The position numbers and the translations under genes were made by a program. From assembly GCF_964355755.1 (NCBI RefSeq), contig NC_092672.1, forward strand, positions 4,960,001 through 5,024,000: a stretch of 64,000 nucleotides of DNA. The letters are read 5' to 3'. Below the pieces are notes generated by a model that saw only the letters and a program-made list of their open reading frames with translations, ran no database searches and had not been told where the DNA came from. The first letter of the stretch is position 1, and every line of letters starts with the position of its first letter. Positions 1 to 12,198 of this stretch are shown here, in pieces. This DNA is from Antedon mediterranea. Its lineage: Eukaryota > Animalia > Echinodermata.

Positions 1-225
1 GCTCACAACAATTACATCATAATATTTTTTGTTGACATTTTTTAACACACTGTAACCACCCCAACCGGTTCCAAGTATAACTAGCTTTTCTCTTTTCTGT
101 GATGACTTGCTTGACAAATGTTTATTGCCGAGAATTGTGAAAGAGGAGGATAAAGTTATCTGTGTTAGGAATGTTGGAAATGAGTAATGAAGAAGCAATC
201 TTTTGGGAAGAATACTTGACATCAT
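1..225 (-). CDS. NDH2: Type II (alternative, single-subunit) NADH:ubiquinone oxidoreductase, Ndi1/Nde1/NDA/NDX family; first coding exon, runs off window edge
   Basis: Manual translation 225->1: MMSSILPKRLLLHYSFPTFLTQITLSSSFTILGNKHLSSKSSQKREKLVILGTGWGGYSVLKNVNKKYYDVIVVS. A Ser/Leu/Lys-rich, acid-free leader (mitochondrial presequence-like) precedes the NDH-2 FAD-binding motif (K)LVILGxGWGG...YDVxVVS(PRN). Polypyrimidine tract and AG acceptor (cttttatctttttgtttgtactag) place the exon start at 238. Confidence 0.9.
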   Translation of the reverse strand, partial: MMSSILPKRLLLHYSFPTFLTQITLSSSFTILGNKHLSSKSSQKREKLVILGTGWGGYSVLKNVNKKYYDVIVVS

Positions 226-293
226 GCCAGGTTGAATTCTAGTACAAACAAAAAGATAAAAGAATGCATTAAAAAATCAATAAACAATATATA

Positions 294-795
294 TAACAAT
301 AAAATAAAACAATATGTGCAGTAAATCTTATTAATATTACCATTAAGTTTTAAATAATATACTTTGCAAATCGTTGGCTATCACAGAAATCATGAAATAT
401 AAGTAAGAATGAAATATTGTCTAGAAATTGAATTGCAAGTTTGCAGACTGTTATTAATATTATTAATTATATTATAAATGTATTATATCATGAAGATCAG
501 TCGACCAAAACAATAAAGGGACTAGCGCCCAATAAAGTTGTAGAGTTGTATCAATAGACTTACTAAAGTCTATAATAATATATATACTTCACCCCATACA
601 TCTACTACTATCTAGGCCTAGGCTAGGCCTACTACAGTAAATACAGGCTTGCTTGGCCAACACACCATCCAGTCAAAGAACTTGTATTGTTGTTGTAAGT
701 TCTTTGCACAGCACATACAATATAAATAACATGTTACATGTTAACAATAAAATAAAACAATATGTGCAGTAAATCTTATTAATATTACCATTAAG
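294..795 (+). repeat. Perfect 54-bp direct repeat (294-347 and 742-795)
   Basis: taacaataaaataaaacaatatgtgcagtaaatcttattaatattaccattaag occurs twice, identically. Confidence 0.9.
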
Positions 796-887
796 GCTTC
801 GTCGTCAGACTCAGAGAGTTGTAAAGGAATAGGCCTACTACTAGGCCTAGGCTTAAAGAAATTGTATAGACACACATAGGAACTTAC

Positions 888-990
888 CATGAAATAATAA
901 TAATTAAGAATTACTTATTTAGTTTCATAAAATCACTTTCACAGACGTAATTTAACCAATTAAATTATTATTGTGACTCCGGTTCGTTTT
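888..990 (-). other. Putative upstream (5' UTR) exon of the NDH-2 gene
   Basis: Strong minus-strand donor ATG|GTAAGT at 890-882, which pairs with the acceptor at 240-239 (649-nt intron). The 5' boundary is a guess. Confidence 0.45.
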
Positions 991-2460
991 ATTGACTACC
1001 GGGTTTTTGTTTACGTTTTACGATGGAAGTGTGTAAAAGAAGTGAAACGGCGGTATGAATTGGTTTCAGTTTAAACTAGTTTTATTGATTTTTAAGTCAT
1101 CATGAATATCATAATCGACATATTTTATTTTTAAAACGCGCATACATTTAACTATTACTTTCTTAGACAATTTAAGTTGCTTTACAAATTAGAATAATAA
1201 AACAGATGTACATTAAATTATGTTCGTCTTAAAGATGTTGTCCCCTAAAAAACAATGAAAATGAAGAATAAAAAAAAAAACACTTTGAATAGGACATTTC
1301 GCAGTTCTAGTTAAACACTTTCGTAGAAAAAAATGTTTTCACTATAATGACAAAACAAACGGTTTAATTAGCTAAAGATAATTAAACTATTTTGGCTCTA
1401 TTTGTTTTTTTTTTCAGGTATATTTTTTTGTTGATCCAATTTTTGGTCAATGAATAATATGTCGACATTTAAAAAATGAGATATTGAACAAAAACATTTT
1501 AAAAATCAGGGGGACAATATATCTGTAAATAAAAATGTTTTAACAGCAGCCTGTTTTTGTGATAAATTTGCGGTTATAATATATCCAACAGAGGCCTGTT
1601 TTATAACCAACTCCATGATTACATAAAACAAATACAAATTCATACTGCTCGACCAGCTAGCTGAAACAAAGTATACTGTTTGGTAAAAATGAAATAACCA
1701 TAAGTCAGTTTAATATAACCGAATTTATATTTATTCATTGAATTATTAGCGTTATTCATTTTATTCTGGAATGTCCACTGTAAACACGAAAGAAAACGTT
1801 TATTCCATGAATTACATTGCAAATATGTTGTTTTATAAAACCAACGAATAAGTCATTAGCAAATTGTGTTGTAGTATTGCTGCTATAACACGAATTGGCA
1901 CACTAATGTCATAACATTTAATGTACGTTAAGTATGTTAATGCTATTAAAATTCCGAGAAGAGGAGATGAGCCTATTAAAATTGAACTTGTACTTATTTT
2001 TTATTATTTATTATACAGTCACAAGCCTTTTCTTTCTGGGATTCTCCTCTATTAAATTGTTTATCTGGGTCTTAAATGATGGGACTAAAGTATTTTAGAT
2101 CGAATATAATTTACCATGGCATTATTTTAGAATTCTTGTGCAATCCGTACGTTGTTCTTTGTTTATTATTCAACATATATCTGTTTTGTATCATTAATCT
2201 AAAAAGGTATGTATGTTGTTTTTTAAAAATAATTTAGAAACTAAACGTATTATTAAGTTAGGTTTTGTAACCTAAAATAAGCCTGCTTAGCATTCAATTA
2301 ATTAATTAATGAAAAATATAATAAGGGGTTGAAAAAAGTTATTACTTTTCGACTATTTTGAAAACGGTGAGGGCGCACTCAGGTCAATAATTTCTTCCCG
2401 AGACAGGAAGATGAATGGAGATGACTACTTTGAATGGAGAGCTGTTTTTGTGAAAATGGA
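960..2460. promoter_or_regulatory. Divergent intergenic/promoter region between the NDH-2 and AUTS2-like genes
   Basis: Position between head-to-head genes; relatively CpG-rich patches near 975-1060 and 2365-2420. Start sites are not mapped. Confidence 0.45.
1233..1524. mobile_element. Non-autonomous TIR element, Kolobok-like (family C)
   Basis: TTAA|AGATGTTGTCCCC ... GGGGACAATATATCT|GTAA termini; homologous in inverted orientation to 47662-47945. Confidence 0.7.
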
Positions 2461-2585
2461 CACCGATTTATACTTTATTTTTACTTGTCTTGATTAATTG
2501 ATGCCTCTATTTTTGGAACATATACCTAGGAATATATATTCTTGATTGTTTTATTGAATATTTAGGGTGTATACCTTTGACGAAT

Positions 2586-2864
2586 ATGGAAAACGAGACG
2601 AAACCTCGTTCGAGAACCCGTCGTCGTCAACGAGCTCAGGAGATGCGCCAGGCCAAGCAGCAAAACCATAATGAAGGTGGAAGCGGGGACGAAGAGGAAT
2701 CGCCGCCGCAAAGTAGAGAAAGGGAGAGAGGAGCTAGATATCGAACAGTTAAAAGACATGAAAAGAAAAAGTCTGAATCGTCTTCTTCTTCTTGTAGCTC
2801 AGGCGAAGAATTTATAATTGATGGTTTTGCTGTGGCTGCTTACACCAGTCTCGATGCTTTAGAG
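2586..2864 (+). CDS. AUTS2: AUTS2/FBRSL1/tay-family protein, coding exon 1 (93 aa)
   Basis: MENETKPRSRTRRRQRAQ...GSGDEEESP...SSSCSSGEEFIIDGFAVAAYTSLDALE, then GAG|GTAAGG donor. Matches the AUTS2-family N-terminal motif (human ...[20 protein letters not shown]), the Arg-rich start and the SGSD/E motif. Orthology versus FBRSL1/FBRS is not resolvable from this exon. Confidence 0.88.
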
Positions 2865-4209
2865 GTAAGGCACATTTTATAAAATAAACAAAAACAACAG
2901 AGAGAGAGAGAGAGAAAAAAAGATTTGTAAACAATTTTGTTGAGTTCAATTCAATTGTTGAGATTTCTTTGATGATCTTACATGAATAGCATTAATTAAC
3001 ATTGTTGTTTTATTGTGTAATTTTGTAGTAATAGTGTTGCTCTAGGCTTATTTCTATTTTTTTAAATGTAGCTTTAAACAAAAGATTTTTTGTGATTTTG
3101 ATTTTTAAATGAATGGGAAAAATCAGGGCTTTCACACTTTTATATGCCAAAAGGCAAAGGTTTCATAAATTAACTTTTGCCCCGCTGTGCCTACAGTAGC
3201 CCTAAACCGTACACAATTCTTGTACATTATTTAACATATTTCACCGGATATTTATAAATGGATACAAAATTGTATAAACAATTCCAAATGTATACAATTA
3301 TGATACTACGAAGTGTCCTAAATACTAAAATAATGAAATTTTTTTACTAATTTAACTTTTATTCCTGCTTTCCTCATCAAATAAAATAAATTTCAGACAT
3401 TGCGATTCGATTTATGGCTACAGACACAAATATTCAAATATTTACTATCAAGTTTAAGGAGTAAAACTACAATCGTAGTTGATTGCTGGTATACAAACAA
3501 CAGTACTACAATTATCCGATATTTGTACGTTGCGGTACACCACGAAAAGGAACTGTTGAGTTTCTCGACGTTTCGATCAATATATTTTGATCGTCCTCAG
3601 GATTTTTATTCTTGTGTCTGTTGCTTCATGATATTTAAGGTTTGAATGAACATGGATAATACTGTAAACTTATCCTCTTATCTGAAGGTGCTGTATTTGT
3701 ATGACAAGAAAACTAAGTGAAGGTATAAAAATAAACCTCCATAGTTACACTAAGTGTGTAAATGCATACAACATGGGTGTGTACACTATGAAATATTATG
3801 TTGTGGTACAGTAATTAAGCAAGTGTTTCAAGTAAAAGAAATTAATATGATATGACATGTTATACTGTACAGTAGTTAATAAAGTACATTACAAAAATTT
3901 TTGTCAGAGGATTTACTGTATGTCTCCCCAGAATGAGACGCTACGCTTTTCATACCAAAATTGTGATGCCTGTGTGTGAACAAGTTGAATGCACTGGACT
4001 GTACTGTAATTCAGTCAGATTATTAACTTTATAATTAAAGTCCTCTGAGCATATTTAAGTAAGCAATTAATGTCAGAAAGAGATTTTATTACACAGTAGA
4101 AGATTGATAATAAAATAAACAAAATCAACTAGTTTATCTGCAATCATACCATTTGCTGGTTGTTACAGTACAGTTACTATTTTCATTGGAAACAGAGATA
4201 CTCTACAGT

Positions 4210-4462
4210 AGGGCTTGATTATCTAAGCAAGGTGGAGAGGGGGTGGACGAACAGACAGTACACCCACCATCAAATTCATCGGCATCCACATTTTTTTACG
4301 ATTTCCATTCAGCCTCCAAAAAAATATACAGTGTTTATTTCTTTATGTTCCCAACCAACAGTGAACTCAAGGTTCACCACTTACAGGAGGCAACAGTTTA
4401 GTAAACCAGCAACAATCCACTCCCTCCCTCACCCTCCTTCCAATATACAATGAACAAGCACC
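4210..4462. mobile_element. Degenerate MITE-like element
   Basis: Imperfect inverted ends: gggcttgattat..ggagagggggtgga versus tccactccctccctcacc..atgaacaagcac. Confidence 0.35.
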
Positions 4463-5986
4463 ATAATACTGTTCACCTCTCTGTGACCTGGTTGTGATAT
4501 ATGTCTAAAATTTTATAAAATTACATTATTATATTCGAGAAAAAATCATTTCTGCTTCTGTTATTAGTGTTAAACATAGGGAAATAAAATTTAAAATGGC
4601 CGATCTAAAAGTACAGTATGACAATGCAGTATTTAAACAATACTCTAGAAAAAGGAACACATTTTTAAGGAAATGTATTGCTGTGTTTGCCCTTATAATA
4701 TAAACATAAGACATTATTCTGATGACATTTCCAACCAGATTGACTTTATTATTTCTTTGCAAATCAGTAATCCTTTTAAATACTATTCAGAATGGGAATT
4801 ATGGAGATGTAGATCTTGTTTGTTTAATACTGCAGCACTTGATGGATTAAATTAATATTTGTATTTTAATTACAGTAACGCTCTGTTTTTGCATTGTAAT
4901 ACATGGCTACCTTCAAGCTGTATATGTGATAAATTGTTTAATCTTATTGAAAAGAATTTCTGTAGAAATGACAAATTATACGTGGCGAAATAATGTAATT
5001 CAAATTCATATCAAATTTTCTGCATTTTTTGCCGTCCAAGGTCAAAATTGTCTAAAAGAATATTCATCCTTGCTTCACATTTATACTGTATAGTATAGTA
5101 CAGTTTTATTGTTTAAATTAATCTTTTTTTGATCTATAGAATTACTGTATAATTATTTGTTTTGGTTGGTTGAACATGTCAGATATTTTAATATACAGAT
5201 AGTGTATAGTTTTGCTAAAAATGATATGAATCGAAAATAAAAATATTGTTTAAATTTGTGTGTGAAGGGCGTGGTCATCTTGGCCTTCTGTCCACCTACT
5301 AACTGTATACTGTACACATACTGATAATGATATTGGTATTCTGTCCAGTTTGTTAGATTAGACTCACTGTGTGTAAAGTAAGGTACTACACTGTACAATT
5401 CATTTTTGTTCTTAAAAAAAAAACAACTTATATTATATCTCATAAACAAATTGATTTATCAAACTATTGGAAATTGAAATAAAATATGAACACAATTTTT
5501 TTTAGTTAAAAAAAAATCATGAATTTCAGGATATGGCAACAATATTTTGCCCAAACTTTTTTAGTCTGTGTTTGTACTGTATATTTTAAACCCATCCTTA
5601 TTCTAAACTTCCTGAATCCGTGTCAAATATTTTTTTTATAAAGTCTAAAAAACTTTCAAGAGTAGATTTCCTGAGAGCCTATCACATGACAAAACATCTT
5701 TTTGATAATTCCACTCTTAAAAATTGTGGACTTCCTATTAAATCAGTTCCAAATATTTTTTTTGCCTGGTATTTAATAAGATTATATGGTTCTACTATGC
5801 ACATGATGAGTCTATTAAAATCAAATAATGTAATTCTCCATGGTATACTTGCCTGTCTTAACCACTTGATACATTTATTTCAATTTCACTTTTCTCTGTT
5901 ATTCCACTTGACTTTTTCTACACAACCTTTCCTGGATAAGCATCCTATGTGAACAGGAATAATTGCTTACATGTTTTTTTCGCTTT

Positions 5987-6143
5987 AAAGCTCTGTCTAC
6001 ACTATCAAACTAGTTTGGAAAAAAAATTGTGATCTGCCTAAATATGGTAGTGATATACCCAAATATGGTAGTGATATGACCCTATATGGGAATATCACAT
6101 TTGTTGTCACATAAAGTTTGATAGTGGACAGTAGACAGAGCTT
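5987..6143. mobile_element. PIF/Harbinger-type MITE, family A
   Basis: TIR AGCTCTGTCTACACTATCAAACT ... AGTTTGATAGTG(T)AGACAGAGCT, TWA flanks, internal 21-bp repeat gatatgcccaaatatggtagt. Confidence 0.85.
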
Positions 6144-6688
6144 ACTGTACATGTACATTACTAGAAATACTGTAAGTTATTTCAATCAAATTAAACGCAA
6201 GACTAAAGTATTACAAATTCAAGGTTTGATACTTTTTCATAGATTTGATTGCTTAATCTTTCCATGAATCAGTTGTTTGCAAGCAATTTTCTAGAAACAT
6301 GTACTACGTATATTGATGACATGTGAAACCGCCTGTAATTAATTTATGGACTGTTTTATCAATGAAAGTTAGAATTATGTCATTCCAAGCAAACAATTTG
6401 TGTCCATGGTACAGATACATTCATTAACATTTTGCTTTGTAATACGAGCAGTAAAACTAGTATACTATTGTGAATATGGTAGTACTGTACTGTTACGTAG
6501 TTATTTTTCATGGATTATCAGTATGACACAGACCTATACAGTACTCTATACTGTACAGTACAGTACTGTATGTCTGGACTGTACTGTATGTTTCAGATTT
6601 TCCTTTGTGTTCAACTACTGGACTACTACTACAGACATTTACTGTGATATACAGCTGAGTACTGAAGTACAGTATATACTCCTGTACA

Positions 6689-7008
6689 ATAATATACAAA
6701 TAATGAATGTTTATGAGTGCAATGGTACAAATAATGGCACGAGGTGAATGATGAAAGGTTATATCAACGAGGCAAAGCCGAGTTGATATAACCTTTCATC
6801 ATTCACCAAGTGACATTATTTGTACCATTACACGAATACAAAACATTCATTATTTGTTTTATATAACATCTAGACGTTTTTTTTTCGTACACAAAAATGT
6901 TTCAAAAAGTACTATTTAACGATCGTTGAATAGTGCGTACTATTGCACGCCATGTGACCCACATTCGTCCAATCAAATGACAGGAATTTATATAGGTGTT
7001 ATATAATA
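6689..7008. mobile_element. Palindromic non-autonomous DNA element (possibly Crypton-type)
   Basis: Imperfect ~160-bp palindrome 6696-6857 centred on GGCAAAGCC, plus ttatataacatcta / taggtgttatataa inverted motifs and a ccaatca box. The class assignment is tentative. Confidence 0.55.
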
Positions 7009-7416
7009 CAATATGAGGAACTTTTATAGCACCTATTATTATTATTACACTACAGTAGTATTATGATTATGTTTATTGTGTGTTGAGATTGTGAAAATGG
7101 AAAGTAAGCCCTATAATTTCTCTATTGTGTTGTAGGAATAGATTTTAGTAGTTGTACTGCATTATTATAAATGATTGAAAACCTGTAAAACCAGTATACG
7201 ATATTGTGTTTATTTGTATTGGATGCTCTGTTGCATTCATTCTGTTAATACACGCAAGTTTTTGTTGTGTTATCAGATGTGATTTTATTTCATCGTAGCC
7301 TAAGGGTCTGTTCACACCGGATTAATTCAGTGAAAACAACAGGTACTTCAAACACGTATTAAAATATTGATATTGAAAAGGAAAATGATTTTGTTGAAAG
7401 TTAACATTTCACTTTC

Positions 7417-7643
7417 AACTGGTTCAAATGGCTTTCAGTTAAACTGGTTCAAATGTCTTTCAGTTAAACTGGTTCAAATGGCTTTCAGTTAAACTGGTTC
7501 AAATGTCTTTCAGTTAAACTGGTTCAAATGGCTTTCAGTTAAACTGGTTCAAATGGCTTTCAGTTAAACTGGTTCAAATGGCTTTCAGTTAAACTGGTTC
7601 AAGTGGCTTTCAGTTAAACTGGTTCAAATAGCTTTCAGTTAAA
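7417..7643 (+). repeat. 25-bp minisatellite, ~9 copies
   Basis: Unit aactggttcaaatggctttcagtta. Confidence 0.95.
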
Positions 7644-8501
7644 AACAGAAATACCTCTGTTTGAGGCACCTTAACTGTAACTTTTATTCTAAAAATCAAA
7701 CATTTTGTATAGTTAATTAAAAGCTTAATAATTTATTTCTTACTTTTTTAATTGAATAAATTACGTACAGAAAATATGTAACTAAAAGTCCACAGAGAAT
7801 ATACTTACTGATATAATTTATAAATGAACGAAAGTAAGTTCTACACTAACAGGTGATATTGTTGTCCAAATTTTGCCTACTGTACCTCAGAAAAGATCAA
7901 AATAATTTAACCAAAGTCTACAGTAAACAGTAGAATAATTCTAACTGTATTATAATATTTAGTTTCATATTTTAGTTGCGTTTGATTTATCATACATTTT
8001 TTTCCGATAAAAAACATCTGCATTGTGTATAGATTGACATGATTAAATAATACTGGACAGACAGACAGGCTGCTCTATGATACTACATGTGTATTCCTGT
8101 TTAAGTTAAGCTTGTAGCTTATATGACCGTCTGCATAAGATTAAACCAGATTCAATTTGCTTATTAGCTGCAAGTTCAGATTTGTATATTTTTTTTCTTT
8201 TATGTTGAAATTATTTTCCAAAATTATGTTGAAATTATTTTCCAAAATTATCTTATAAATTTGTCCTACCCAAATGTATGGGAAGTGTTTCTAGTAATTT
8301 GTATTTTCTGTGTAGTTAGACTCCCTTTATGAGTGGCAACAACCACTATCGTTTTTTGGATATTTTTGTCTGAAACTAGAATTGCTCCCAGCTCAAGTAT
8401 GTATGACACGCCATGTGTGCCAAAATGTTTTTACCAATATTATAGGTGAATCGCTATCTAGAGCCTAGACTACTGTATTAATTATTAATATTTATTGGTT
8501 A

Positions 8502-8659
8502 TGCTTGGTTCTCACTAGAGACGCAACACAAGGACGTCGTGCAATGTAAGTGATTTGACCAATCACAAGCGATGGATTATTCTTGCTGTCGCTTGTCATT
8601 GGTCGACAAGCCTGAAATGCGTTTATATCCTTGCGTTGCGTCCTAGTGGGAACCAAGCT
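8502..8659. mobile_element. PIF/Harbinger-type MITE, family D
   Basis: TIR (A)GCTTGGTTC(C/T)CACTAG ... CTAGTGGGAACCAAGCT; internal gacgcaac / gttgcgtc and ccaatcac motifs; other copies at 23231, 56858 and 63326. Confidence 0.85.
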
Positions 8660-10815
8660 TGATTATTTATTACATTCAAGCTCTGATCAGTAAAGTACAG
8701 CACCACTGTACTGTGTCAGGCATTTCAGCTGAGACTCACTTGTTGAGTAACTGACATTTTGGGAGTACAGTAATGCTCTAGACAAAACACATTTTACATA
8801 ACTTTGCTTTAATACTAATAGTCAATGTAGAATTAGTAAATACTTTATTAAGAAAATTTCACTATCGTTCTGTTCTTCTGCACGTCGTTAACACTCTGGA
8901 GGTTTGTCGTTTATTGCTGGAAAACATCACACTCTTAGTACAGACTTACTGATACAAATTGATTAGTTTATAGCTTATTGAATAACACAGCGACCGAATG
9001 GACATATTGAGATTTCCATGAAGACAATGAAAAAGGGATTTAACAAAACATAAGGATGTTGAAGATGGTGGTATGTTGGGATGCTTCCACTTGATGGCAT
9101 GGTTCACTGACTGTACCATTTACAGAAAGGGGTATTAAATTGATATTTTTCTGATTTTCGAGAGGTTTGACATGCTCTACTTTACCCTATAATGTAAAGT
9201 ATCCTATCCTATTAGGCTTTTTCTCTTCTGTGTGTGAATAGGCTAAACTATTTTACATTTTGATATACTGTACAGTAAGTACAATATTGTTCTATTTATT
9301 CTGAGTTGATGTTAAATTTGTGAATACAACTGTATATTGTTTTTATATTCCAGCTGTTGAGACAGATGTTATAAATTATATACTGTATTTAAAGTACAGG
9401 AACTGTATGAAATTATGGCATCTTCAAATGTCTGAAAAATGCAGAAAATGTGACTATACCTGTAATTTATGTTTGTTTGTGAACACTTTAACCCACATTT
9501 AGTCCCGCATTTAGTCCATGCATTTTTGAGGAAAAACAATGCAAAATGGTTCTACAGTAATGGACTAATCCACTAACCACACCATCACATGGGCAAGCAC
9601 CAATGGTGTACAGTACCATCTGAACAATTGATTAAACAATTTAAAAATCAGATCAGGTGGGAATAATTAAACAAATTTTGTTTGGCAAGAAATCGGGTGA
9701 AGCATTTTTAAGTACTGTAGAACTACAAAATGTACATTATCCCAAATAAATAATCTTTTTAAAATAAACTTTTAGGAAGGTTGATACACAGTAACTAGCT
9801 CCATAAAATATGTCAGATTGTCACACACACACACAAGTTAACATGCAATTAACTTGCTATGTGGATTATCCATTTCAACTGGCCATTAGTTCATATGAAC
9901 CAGAAGTCAGTAAAATCAGCATGAATCTGAAAATAATAGGGTCAAGTTATGTGATCCCAATTTGGTGTTCTGTTGACACTCTGGTATTTTGGGTTCACTG
10001 AACTCTACCAGGGCATTGAGGTGATTTTTTATTGGTAATAAAATTATTTCTAAAAATAAATTTATCCTTTTAATATTGTCTTATTAGCATGTCTACCAAA
10101 CCAATTTATATTGATAAATTTTTTTTAAATATGCTATCTACTCATAAAGAAGTCTTTAGCTTGTTTTACAGTAATAGTTCAATCATAATTTATTCTAACC
10201 ATAGCAGGTTTACTAGTGAAATCCATTACTGCACGGCAATTGTTATTTCAAAATGTATCATTACGTACTGCACAGCAAATACATATACGTTGATATGTTG
10301 TTTTTACTTTAGTCGACTCATGGTAATATTATACTCAATTCGCAAGCCATTGATAACATTTTATGCGAATGACAGTATTACAGTTAATCCATATGGGACA
10401 AATACAAGAATGTATTGTTATGTTATAATATAACTGCCAGGTGCTTCACAGAAGGAAATGGGTGTACAGATCTACCCAACCCAAAACCTATACTTCCTGT
10501 GTCCACCCAGATTTTTGGTTGATTGCTTGACAAAACATTTCCTATTATGGTATCAATTGTCTTTTATTTCAAATTTGATGTGTAGTATTTAATTGTAATA
10601 CTCTTGGCCATGGCAATTGTGAAAAAAAGTATTCATTTTGATTAGAATTTACAGGTTTTCGAATTTTTGGAAAGATGATCAACACTGCACTCAACAGAAA
10701 AAGTTTAAGTTCATTTTTCATTAATTTTATTATCTTATTTATTATAATACTTACATACATCTGTAATAGTTACAGTATAAAAGTCTGTTTCATGCCTAGC
10801 TGACCTTGATGAACT

Positions 10816-10902
10816 AGTGATGTGACATCATCAGTCGAAACCTGTACGAGGACATCACATTTTTTTTGTCACATAAAGTTTGATAGTGTAGACAGAGCTT
10901 TA
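10816..10902. mobile_element. MITE family A, right-end fragment
   Basis: ...catcacattttttttgtcacataaagtttgatagtgtagacagagcttta. Confidence 0.8.
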
Positions 10903-11269
10903 TGCTGTTCCATGCATGTTTGAACACCAAACAAATACACTAACACTAGTAATATCTTAACTTGCAAAATACAGTAGTTCAACTACTGTATATTAATATC
11001 TACTGGAAACTATTTTTGTATTAAAGTAAACAATGGACTTGCCTAATGGACTTAAATATAGATTGTGTCAGTATGAATCATTGTTAATGTAGAAATCATT
11101 CCATTAACAACTAATATCGTTTCTAATGCAGTATATTTTAAACAGTCAACATTTATTATTCTTTCTACTGTTGGCAGCTGAAGTCATGGTAAACAAATTA
11201 AAAACGATAAAATATTAATTATAATGTCCTTTCTAAAGCGTACAGTACAAATTTAGATTTGAGAGAGAG

Positions 11270-11496
11270 GTATGGCGTATTTAATTAGTAAGGGATCAGA
11301 GATCAAAGAGATACGGGTTCGAGACCTGTACTGTATGGCCCATAGTACTGCTTTAATCCTTAGGCAAGTCTATTTTACAGTACACTCATTAACTTTCCAT
11401 CCAAAGTATACAAATTTGGTCTATTTCGTGCCTAGCTTACTTGGATAAACCGAAACTGGCCTATTCTTTCTGAGAAGAGAGCTACTGTACAACTCA
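11270..11496 (+). mobile_element. tRNA-derived SINE (degenerate) joined to the dispersed CTTACCTGGATAAAC repeat
   Basis: A-box-like tggcgtatttaattag, B-box gggttcgagacc, CORE-like ccttaggcaagtc; body similar to 57103-57392. Confidence 0.65.
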
Positions 11497-12198
11497 AATA
11501 CATATTCGGTAACATCCCTATCAGATATTGCCTGCTATTGTATAAAGCCTTTCATTTTTCCTTTTAACATGGTAAACAAATTAAAAATGTTCTCGAAATA
11601 TGTTCCACTAAACAGTATGCAATGCAATTTAAATTTTTGCTCTAGTCTAACTAAATATTATCTTGTAAAGAGCTTTAGATGCATGCCTTTTTAACAGTAT
11701 TAAAGAGATTGACCGTAATGTAAAACAAATGTATCTTAAAAATATCTGAAAATGTATGTAATTTGTACACCTGCAGTCTCATTCAAAATAAAAGTCCATA
11801 TATTTTTTTCTACATTACTGTACATGAAAGCATTGTATGCATTTTAAACTCCAACCGTCTAAAAGGCAGCAGTGTTTAACTTAAAATATGAATTGCTCTG
11901 GTGAGTGCAATTTGAATTAACTTGCTGCGACTGCTATGATCAGCCCCTCGAGGCACTTGAGCTTAGCCTTCACAGAATGATCATGTCCTTACTTGAGGAG
12001 TATACAACTTCACTGTATGTTGTATTCAGTTGTGTAGCGGAAACATTACTCATGGGACATCCATTCTATATGCTGTAATATGCCCCCAGCACACCGGCTT
12101 CTACAACCTAATCTAATTATGTTGCTGCTAGTTTTATATCAACAACAAACATTCATTTCATTCATGCTGGTCTGCCTAATCTTTGGCGTGTTCACTTT

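Noticed and set aside
1-6. Minus-strand GTGAGC as the donor ending the NDH-2 exon
   Set aside because: It encodes V-S of the expected conserved VVSPRN motif, so it is more likely coding; this cannot be settled at the window edge.
2562-2759. 65-aa minus-strand ORF, and the TTG start at 2577
   Set aside because: The ORF is the antisense shadow of AUTS2-like exon 1. The real start is more plausibly the ATG at 2586, and the ORF tail VRHIL is intronic.
10801-10845. Hammerhead-like string ttgatga..cgaaac
   Set aside because: Explained by the junction of a CTTACCTGG-repeat variant with a MITE A fragment; no CTGANGA and no stem I/III pairing.
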